Shown here: in pieces, positions 27,620-33,289 of the stretch | How the letters are laid out: each line of letters begins with the position of its first letter | How positions within the stretch are numbered: the stretch's first letter is position 1 | Program-made: the position numbers and the translations under genes | The notes under the pieces: generated by a model | Databases searched by the model: none | Told to the model about the DNA's origin: nothing | What the model saw: only the letters and a program-made list of their open reading frames with translations | DNA from: a virus | DNA: 64,000 bases | IMG/VR virus record: IMGVR_UViG_3300042546_000155 | Direction: 5' to 3' (one strand)

Positions 27620-28105
27620 TTAATTTAGTCTCTGGACTGTGATTGCTGATGTGCTACCCATGCCGATAGCCCTAGCAGCACCATAGGAAAGATCAAGAGA
27701 CCGACCACGAACGAAAGGACCTCGGTCATTGACCACGACATTTACACAACCCTGATGGCAAACACGCAGGTGCGTACCAAACGGCAGTGTTCGATGGGCT
27801 GCGGTGAAGGCGTGAGGGTTGAAAACTGCCCCCGAAGCGGTGTGTTTTGAAAGTCTCTCTCCGTGACCGTAGAATGAAGCAACCATGCGGCTCCCTCCAG
27901 TATCATGAGAGCCCCAACCAACATTCCAAGTGTCATTACCATTGCTTTGAACGCTTCGGCCATGTCTATTTCTTCCTTTGACTGTCTGTTGTTGTGTTTG
28001 TGATTGACCGCCAAAGATACCACCGAAAAAATCGGATAACGGATCGGCGGCGGCCGAAGTTGTGAGGGTGATGAATATGGCTAGAGTAGAAAATGCTTTG
28101 TTCAT
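27620..28105 (-). CDS. rlpA: RlpA-like lytic transglycosylase (DPBB) with signal peptide
   Basis: ASFYG...TASG...TAAHRTLPFGT...VNDRGPF...LDLSxxAA. Confidence 0.9.
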   Translation of the reverse strand: MNKAFSTLAIFITLTTSAAADPLSDFFGGIFGGQSQTQQQTVKGRNRHGRSVQSNGNDTWNVGWGSHDTGGSRMVASFYGHGERLSKHTASGAVFNPHAFTAAHRTLPFGTHLRVCHQGCVNVVVNDRGPFVRGRSLDLSYGAARAIGMGSTSAITVQRLN

Positions 28106-28365
28106 TTCAAACCTCGTATAAAATTTTGTAGAGCAAATTTCGCATGAGAGTTAAAGTAGGACGGATACTTGGTCTGCAAATCATTACAATGTTGTGCGAC
28201 TTTACCCTTCTGATAATTCCAGAGTTCCCATGCACTCATAGGATATTGAGGATATGCTGTAACAACGGGATCACCATCACCAGGGGATGCTGCATTATCA
28301 GCATACATATATTCCAATTCTTTGGGGCAAGTGATACCGATATCTTCTGGAAACAAAACAGTCAT
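28102..28365 (-). CDS. Hypothetical phage protein
   Basis: ORF coupled to rlpA. Confidence 0.5.
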   Translation of the reverse strand: MTVLFPEDIGITCPKELEYMYADNAASPGDGDPVVTAYPQYPMSAWELWNYQKGKVAQHCNDLQTKYPSYFNSHAKFALQNFIRGLK

Positions 28366-28383
28366 AATATACCTTTCAATGAT

Positions 28384-28458
28384 TGGTTCAGGATCAAGGA
28401 TTCGAACCTCGAATGCCGGAGTCAGAGTCCGGAGTTTTACCAGTTAAACTAATCCTGA
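28384..28458 (-). tRNA. tRNA-Gln(CTG)
   Basis: Cloverleaf, anticodon loop CTCTGAC, encoded CCA. Confidence 0.9.
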
Positions 28459-28465
28459 ACAAGAA

Positions 28466-28541
28466 TGGATCGGGGTGATGGTCTCGAACCACCAACATGC
28501 AGATTCAAAGTCTGCCGTTCTGCCAATTGAACTAACCCCGA
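28466..28541 (-). tRNA. tRNA-Gln(TTG)
   Basis: Cloverleaf, loop CTTTGAA, CCA. Confidence 0.9.
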
Positions 28542-28549
28542 ATAAGAAG

Positions 28550-28635
28550 TGGTAGGGGACCCCGGTAACGATCCGGGCCAGCACATAGGCTTGGGTTTTA
28601 CAGACCCCTTGGCGTCCTTAGCCAAATAGTCCCCC
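28550..28635 (-). tRNA. tRNA-Tyr(GTA)
   Basis: Loop CTGTAAA, long variable arm, T-loop ATCGTTA, CCA. Confidence 0.85.
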
Positions 28636-28636
28636 A

Positions 28637-28710
28637 TGGTTGTTCCGACTGGTAACGATCCAGTGTCTATGTGTTATCAGCACATTGCTCTACCTTTGAG
28701 CTACGGAACA
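28637..28710 (-). tRNA. tRNA-Ile(GAT)
   Basis: Loop CTGATAA, T-loop ATCGTTA, CCA. Confidence 0.88.
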
Positions 28711-28716
28711 ATAAAC

Positions 28717-29193
28717 TCAATACTCTAGACGCTCCTGATTGCACTCAAAGGTATACCAACCTTCGGCACGAAAAGCATCGATGATACGGTGACGATCTTC
28801 AAAGATAGCACCGACTTTATATTCAGGATTAGCAGCAAGCCAATCCTTGATAATGTGAACCTTCAACTTGTCATCGTCTTCACGGTTACCACCGGGACGC
28901 ATATATAGGTCTTCATTCTCAAACGGATAATCGATATGACGACGAAGCCATTCTAAAGAGACTTCACGAAAACGCTCATCACGACCAGTCACAACGATAA
29001 TCTTATCACCTAGCATCTTACCACGGTCAAATGCAAGAGCATGGAGAACATCTAGAACTGCCTGATAAGGTGTATCCTTATCTTGTGCAGCAAAGAACTC
29101 ATCCCAATTCTTGTTACCGTTCCGTAGATGATCCCAACGGTGATGCACATTTGCCAGAGTGTTATCGATATCAAATACCCAAAGCTTTTTCAT
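28717..29193 (-). CDS. HAD phosphatase, like the 3'-phosphatase domain of T4 PseT (Pnkp)
   Basis: FDIDNTL, VTGR, LYMR...D...K, FEDR. Confidence 0.85.
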   Translation of the reverse strand: MKKLWVFDIDNTLANVHHRWDHLRNGNKNWDEFFAAQDKDTPYQAVLDVLHALAFDRGKMLGDKIIVVTGRDERFREVSLEWLRRHIDYPFENEDLYMRPGGNREDDDKLKVHIIKDWLAANPEYKVGAIFEDRHRIIDAFRAEGWYTFECNQERLEY

Positions 29194-29222
29194 TAGTTCC
29201 GTTTCCTTTCTCATTATGTCTA

Positions 29223-29251
29223 ATAATAACACACCGAAAACGGAATGTCAA
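29223..29251 (-). promoter_or_regulatory. Sigma70-like promoter TTGACAttccgttt-N-TATTAT
   Basis: 17-nt spacer. Confidence 0.65.
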
Positions 29252-29255
29252 GTAA

Positions 29256-29329
29256 TGGTGCCGGTTAGAGGAATCGAACCCCTATCAGAAGATTACGAAA
29301 CTACTGTAATGCCATTATACTAAACCGGC
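29256..29329 (-). tRNA. tRNA-Thr(CGT), weak anticodon stem
   Basis: Good acceptor and T arms; loop TTCGTAA; two U-U mismatches in the anticodon stem. Confidence 0.7.
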
Positions 29330-29334
29330 GTAAC

Positions 29335-29408
29335 TGGTGCTTCTGCCCGGTAACGATCCGAGGTCTGAGTCTTACCAAGACCCTGTTCTACCTTTGAACT
29401 ACAGAAGC
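29335..29408 (-). tRNA. tRNA-Thr(GGT)
   Basis: Loop TTGGTAA, CCA. Confidence 0.85.
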
Positions 29409-29413
29409 GAATA

Positions 29414-29487
29414 TGGTACTGGGACTAGGTATCGATCCTAGGCTCTGGGCTCCACAAACCCAGGTGCTTCCATTACACTACCCCAGC
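29414..29487 (-). tRNA. tRNA-His(GTG), no G-1, A73
   Basis: Loop TTGTGGA; base -1 is T; discriminator A. Confidence 0.87.
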
Positions 29488-29493
29488 ATGAAT

Positions 29494-29570
29494 TGGTGCC
29501 CTCGGTCAGATTCGAACTGACACTAAGTTGGGTTTGAATCAACTGCCTCTGCCAATTGGGCTACGAGGGC
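29494..29570 (-). tRNA. tRNA-Leu(CAA), short variable loop
   Basis: Loop TTCAAAC, 77 nt. Confidence 0.85.
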
Positions 29571-29571
29571 A

Positions 29572-29647
29572 TGGTGCGTCCCCTTAGAATCAAACTAAGT
29601 CCTACGGTGCTTCAAACCGTCGTGCGGATCACCTACACCAGAGACGC
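29572..29647 (-). tRNA. tRNA-Phe(GAA)
   Basis: Loop TTGAAGC, CCA. Confidence 0.82.
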
Positions 29648-29652
29648 ATAAT

Positions 29653-29727
29653 TGGTGCTTCGTATGGGTATCGATCCCATCTTTCCCGCTTGAGAGGCGA
29701 GTGTCCTAGCCAATAGACGAACGAAGC
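29653..29727 (-). tRNA. tRNA-Glu(CTC)
   Basis: Loop CTCTCAA, CCA. Confidence 0.88.
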
Positions 29728-29737
29728 ATAAACTATT

Positions 29738-29860
29738 TGTGAGGAACGAGTATGCATCCTCTTTTCAGTATCCGGGTTCCCAAGGTTACGACAGCCTCGC
29801 ACCGTCTCCCGACCTCGATGTGGCAATTCTGCTCATCCGTGATATCGATACTGCCTCACA
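29738..29860 (-). ncRNA. Candidate structured non-tRNA RNA in the tRNA array
   Basis: Closing stem TGTGAGG/CCTCACA and inner stem CAGTATC/GATACTG. Confidence 0.45.
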
Positions 29861-29865
29861 AAACT

Positions 29866-29941
29866 TGGTGGACGTAAGAGGACTTGAACCCCCAACCTTC
29901 TCCGTGCAAAGGAGTTGCTCTCCCAGTTGAGCTATACGCCC
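29866..29941 (-). tRNA. tRNA-Ala(TGC)
   Basis: Loop TTTGCAC, G3:U70, CCA. Confidence 0.9.
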
Positions 29942-29947
29942 GTTAAA

Positions 29948-30022
29948 TGGCGACCCGTAGGGGTATCGATCCCCTCTCCCTAGCGTGACAGGCTAGAGTC
30001 CACACCTGCTGACTCACGGGCC
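29948..30022 (-). tRNA. tRNA-Asp(GTC)
   Basis: Loop CTGTCAC, G73, CCA. Confidence 0.88.
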
Positions 30023-30089
30023 TTTAAACTTTATGAAGGTTACAACCCAGTCCGACGCAAACAGGTCTACCTACAATCCCTCTGACTAT

Positions 30090-30166
30090 TGGTGCCCCTC
30101 CTCAGATTCGAACTGAGAACCTTCTGATTCTAAGTCAGACACCTCTACCAGTTGGGCTAGAGGGGC
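30090..30166 (-). tRNA. tRNA-Leu(TAG), short variable loop
   Basis: Loop CTTAGAA, 77 nt. Confidence 0.87.
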
Positions 30167-30170
30167 GTAT

Positions 30171-30245
30171 TGGTGCGGACTGATGGGATCGAACCACCGA
30201 CACTCGGTATGTAACACCGATGTTCTACCTCTGAACTAAGCCCGC
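30171..30245 (-). tRNA. tRNA-Val(TAC)
   Basis: Loop GTTACAT, CCA. Confidence 0.88.
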
Positions 30246-30256
30246 ATAAATTCTAA

Positions 30257-30385
30257 TGATACAGTGACCCCAACCATTTGCTTTCGTCCTGTATCAGACA
30301 CAAAACTTACTAGAGTGTCCCCATCCGTTCGTGACGCTATCTTCGTCCAACGGCTCATATGCTCCTAGTGATAGATCACATATGA
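30257..30385 (-). ncRNA. Candidate four-hairpin ncRNA in the tRNA array
   Basis: Stems TCATATG/CATATGA, CCGTT/AACGG, GACAC/GTGTC, TGATACAG/CTGTATCA. Confidence 0.45.
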
Positions 30386-30391
30386 AGTCTC

Positions 30392-30475
30392 TGGCGGAGG
30401 ATAAAGGAATCGAACCATCACCCTTGCGGGGGCTCGGTTTTCAAGACCGATTGCTCACCATGAACGCTATCCTCC
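30392..30475 (-). tRNA. tRNA-Ser(TGA)
   Basis: Loop CTTGAAA, long variable arm, G73. Confidence 0.88.
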
Positions 30476-30480
30476 AATTC

Positions 30481-30570
30481 TGGCGGAGAGTATAGGATTC
30501 GAACCTATGGAGCCGACTAAGGCTCAACCATTTAGCAAACGGCCGCTTTCGACCACTCAGCCAACTCTCC
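30481..30570 (-). tRNA. tRNA-Ser(GCT)
   Basis: Loop TTGCTAA, long variable arm, G73. Confidence 0.9.
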
Positions 30571-30877
30571 AGGTATTCTTACATACCAAACTGCTTCTTT
30601 ACAATATCAACAGCAACATCAAACGCATTACCGATAACTTCGTCTGTCAAATGAGTATCGCACGCCCCATCCTTTTTAAGGACTTCACGCATTGCCTCAA
30701 TTGCTGCTGCTTTTGTTTCTTCTGTAATCTTAAACATATTGTCCTCACTGACTTAATAGAATATTAATATCACTTACAATAAACCCTATCACAACAGCGA
30801 TAGCGAAGAACAAAGAAAGGCGAATAATAGCCTGTAGTTTTAACTGTTCTCTACTCATATCTAGTCACCTTTCTAAA

Positions 30878-30953
30878 TGGTCTAGGTAGCTGGACTTGAA
30901 CCAACAACCTTCCCGCCCCAAACGGGATGCTCTGCCAATTGAGCTACACCTAG
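30878..30953 (-). tRNA. tRNA-Pro(TGG)
   Basis: Loop TTTGGGG, C1:G72, CCA. Confidence 0.9.
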
Positions 30954-30960
30954 ATTATAA

Positions 30961-31034
30961 TGGCACCAGTGGAAGGAGTCGAACCCTCGCCCTCTGTTTT
31001 GGAGACAGATGTGCTACCGTAACACTTCACTGAT
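30961..31034 (-). tRNA. tRNA-Trp(CCA)
   Basis: Loop CTCCAAA, G73. Confidence 0.9.
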
Positions 31035-31039
31035 AAACT

Positions 31040-31115
31040 TGGATGCGGACCCATGAGTCGAACAACGGCTCTCTTGCTTATGAGACAAGAATGGTCTCCG
31101 GACCACCTGACCGCT
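31040..31115 (-). tRNA. tRNA with CAT anticodon, degenerate (initiator-like 1:72 mismatch)
   Basis: Loop CTCATAA, irregular D and T arms, CCA. Confidence 0.6.
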
Positions 31116-31232
31116 AAAAACTTGTAAGTAGAAGAAACGCTCCACGGTTATATGTGGATACTTAATGCTAATGTGCGAACCAAAAGCATGTTCTCCTCAG
31201 GTCTCGCATTACCCGAGTACCGTCCTTCATGT

Positions 31233-31307
31233 TGGTGCTGATAGTTGGGATCAAACCAACCTTTAAAGCCTTATGAGGACTCCTCGACATCTTGCCGACC
31301 TACCAGC
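31233..31307 (-). tRNA. tRNA-Met or Ile2 (CAT)
   Basis: Loop CTCATAA, CCA. Confidence 0.8.
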
Positions 31308-31313
31308 ATTATA

Positions 31314-31394
31314 TGGCCACCACGAGAGGAGTCGAACCTCTATTTACATCCAGTTACCTTACTCTCGGTTCGTAGCCGAGGGGGATACGTGGTG
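31314..31394 (-). tRNA. Non-canonical D-armless tRNA-Arg(ACG)-like RNA
   Basis: 7-bp acceptor, perfect anticodon arm CTCGG-CTACGAA-CCGAG, perfect T arm, CCA; D arm replaced by TATCCCC; 22-nt variable region. Confidence 0.7.
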
Positions 31395-31398
31395 ATAT

Positions 31399-31473
31399 TG
31401 GAGCGGGTGATCAGAATCGAACTGACGACCAACAGTTTGGAAGACTGTGACTCTACCACTGAGTTACACCCGC
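31399..31473 (-). tRNA. tRNA-Gly(TCC)
   Basis: Loop CTTCCAA, U73. Confidence 0.92.
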
Positions 31474-31477
31474 ATAT

Positions 31478-31553
31478 TGGAGGATCCAGTCGGCCACGAT
31501 CCGACAACCTTGGGATTAAAAGTCCCCTGCTCTGCCAATTGAGCTATGGATCC
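31478..31553 (-). tRNA. tRNA-Lys(TTT)
   Basis: Loop CTTTTAA, T-loop ATCGTGG. Confidence 0.87.
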
Positions 31554-31560
31554 ATTGTAT

Positions 31561-31636
31561 TGGTGAACCTGGAAGGAATCGAACCTTCAACACACGGATT
31601 AAGAGTCCGCTACTCTACCAATTGAGTTACAGGTCC
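31561..31636 (-). tRNA. tRNA-Lys(CTT)
   Basis: Loop CTCTTAA, CCA. Confidence 0.92.
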
Positions 31637-31641
31637 ATAAT

Positions 31642-31716
31642 TGGTGACCCCTAGGAGAATCGAACTCCTCTTACAAGATTGAAAGTCTCGTGTCCTAACC
31701 GATAGACGAAGGGGCC
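31642..31716 (-). tRNA. tRNA-Glu(TTC)
   Basis: Loop CTTTCAA, CCA. Confidence 0.92.
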
Positions 31717-31720
31717 GTAT

Positions 31721-31798
31721 TGGCTCGGCGGGTTGGATTCGAACCAACCTCATTCTCGGTTAACAGCCGAGCGCACTCACCTAGAGTGCTACCGCCGA
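31721..31798 (-). tRNA. tRNA-Asn(GTT)
   Basis: Loop CTGTTAA, G73. Confidence 0.9.
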
Positions 31799-31800
31799 AT

Positions 31801-31955
31801 ATTACTATTACGCCAACGGACTAGAGATAACCGATAGGCTCTCCTATCACCGTTCAGCCAATTTTATGCAAGAATCGAACTTGCTCCGGATCAATTGCAA
31901 CCGTGTTACTGTCAACGTTTCGAACCGCAATCTAATCCGTTGGCGTAATAGTAAT
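31801..31955 (-). ncRNA. 155-nt RNA closed by a 20-bp perfect (25-bp with one G-U) stem and containing a T-arm hairpin
   Basis: ATTACTATTACGCCAACGGA/TCCGTTGGCGTAATAGTAAT; inner GCAAG-TTCGATT-CTTGC. Confidence 0.6.
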
Positions 31956-32029
31956 GGAGGGCTGCCTCGGAATCAAACCGAGTCCTCAAGGATTTGCAGT
32001 CCTGTGCCTTATCATCCGACCCGCAGCCC
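31955..32029 (-). tRNA. tRNA-Cys(GCA)
   Basis: Loop CTGCAAA, U73. Confidence 0.87.
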
Positions 32030-32036
32030 AATTACT

Positions 32037-32065
32037 ATATTACTATAGCCAGATTCAATTGTCAA
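32037..32065 (-). promoter_or_regulatory. Sigma70-like promoter at the head of the tRNA array
   Basis: TTGACA-N17-TAATAT just upstream of tRNA-Cys. Confidence 0.65.
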
Positions 32066-32071
32066 ACAGCA

Positions 32072-32254
32072 TCAGGCTATCTTACTCTCCTTGAACTTGC
32101 GTTGCAAGGAAACAGTAGCCTTATTTTTGAATGAATAGTATTTGCTCCATGCCTTTTCGAAGTCAAGGAATGTGCCATTATACACCGTCTTGCCAGACTT
32201 GTCAATGGCTTCTACTATCCAGTAGGCGCTACGCTTTACGGTTTCCTCTTTCAT
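32072..32254 (-). CDS. Hypothetical phage protein
   Basis: ORF with RBS GAGG. Confidence 0.5.
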   Translation of the reverse strand: MKEETVKRSAYWIVEAIDKSGKTVYNGTFLDFEKAWSKYYSFKNKATVSLQRKFKESKIA

Positions 32255-32385
32255 GCCGTAACCTCTTCTCTCAATCGTTCACATACTATATAGGCAACAA
32301 AACGCATAGTCAAGAACTTTTTTTACATTTTTTGTGCGACAATTTGACGCACCCTTAGTCTATAGACTGGATAGACTGTTTACAT

Positions 32386-32580
32386 TTACTTTAGGACTGT
32401 ATCGTAGTATTCCCGCTGCTTTTGTTCCATAGCAGCCTTTCGTTCCTTCTTGAAATTTTCAAACCACTCTTTAAGTCCAACATCATTCGTAAGATGTTCC
32501 TGCCACTGTCTTTCGGACATTTGCCCAGAAATGTAGCACTCAAACAGTGGGTAAAACTTATCTTCCATTTCAGTCTCCAA
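32386..32580 (-). CDS. Hypothetical phage protein
   Basis: ORF with GGAG before MEDKF. Confidence 0.5.
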   Translation of the reverse strand: METEMEDKFYPLFECYISGQMSERQWQEHLTNDVGLKEWFENFKKERKAAMEQKQREYYDTVLK

Positions 32581-32583
32581 ATT

Positions 32584-32674
32584 TGGTAGGGGTGCCAGGT
32601 AACGCTCCTGGTCGAGAACGGTAATCGGCCGCTAAAGGGTTTATAAGTCCCTCTTGTGTCTTACACCCACCCCC
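32584..32674 (-). tRNA. Atypical tRNA with TAT (Ile AUA) anticodon and long variable arm
   Basis: Loop CTTATAA, tiny D-loop, T-loop AGCGTTA, CCA. Confidence 0.65.
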
Positions 32675-32679
32675 ACATG

Positions 32680-32880
32680 TTACAGATATCCCAGAATACC
32701 ACCGATTGGTAATACAAAGATACCGATACAGCGAAGGATAAACTTTGCCGTGATAGGATTGTCAATGCTATGCCAGATAGCCATGACATTGAAGATCCAA
32801 CCTAGTGCTAGTGCTGCACCCACGGTAAAGAATCCAGCAACAGTACCAATAGCAAGAATATCGTCTAGTTTCTGACTCAC
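32680..32880 (-). CDS. Small two-TM membrane protein
   Basis: Two hydrophobic segments; GTG start after AAGGA. Confidence 0.55.
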   Translation of the reverse strand: MSQKLDDILAIGTVAGFFTVGAALALGWIFNVMAIWHSIDNPITAKFILRCIGIFVLPIGGILGYL

Positions 32881-32898
32881 TTTCACATCCTTATATAA

Positions 32899-32975
32899 TG
32901 GCGGTCCCGGAAGGACTCGAACCTTCAACAACCCGCTTAGAAGGCGGATGCTCTATCCAGTTGAACTACGGAACC
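32899..32975 (-). tRNA. tRNA-Arg(TCT)
   Basis: Loop CTTCTAA, A20, CCA. Confidence 0.92.
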
Positions 32976-32994
32976 AAATCTCTAGTGTCTGATT

Positions 32995-33023
32995 ATTATA
33001 TATGCCACAAACGGGAATGTCAA
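32995..33023 (-). promoter_or_regulatory. Sigma70-like promoter TTGACAttcccgttt-N-TATAAT
   Basis: Perfect hexamers, 17-nt spacer. Confidence 0.75.
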
Positions 33024-33049
33024 GAACTTTTTTTAGATATTTTTAGGAA

Positions 33050-33289
33050 TTATTCCGAAAATTCCACATCGAAGGCATCATTTATATTACCAAATTGTGT
33101 CTTTTTTAAGACGAAGGAAGGGGTGAAGCCGGCGAAGGCTCCTCCCCGTTCAAAGAACTCACAAGCCGCTGATGCATCGTCCTCAAAGAAAAACTCACTG
33201 ATGACCTGTGCCGTTGCTTCCTCAAACACAACCCAAAGCAATTCATCATTGTCATTGAACTCAGGATAATAAGTGTATAGCTTCTTCAT
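33050..33289 (-). CDS. Conserved small T4-like protein downstream of the helicase
   Basis: GGAFAGFTPSF motif; coupled to the gp41 stop. Confidence 0.6.
   Translation of the reverse strand: MKKLYTYYPEFNDNDELLWVVFEEATAQVISEFFFEDDASAACEFFERGGAFAGFTPSFVLKKTQFGNINDAFDVEFSE

Noticed and set aside
30023-30089. 65-nt spacer as an ncRNA
   Set aside because: Only a weak, G-U-rich terminal pairing; not enough support.
30257-30310. Hammerhead ribozyme (CUGAU...CGAAA)
   Set aside because: The core reads CUGAUAC rather than CUGANGA and I could not build the required stems.
28384-32975. Regularly spaced repeats resembling a CRISPR array
   Set aside because: The recurring TGG/TCGAA elements are tRNA CCA ends and T-loops; there are no identical direct repeats or cas genes.
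28384-32975. Suppressor tRNA or alternative genetic code
   Set aside because: No CTA, TTA or TCA anticodon was found, and core genes translate full-length in code 11.
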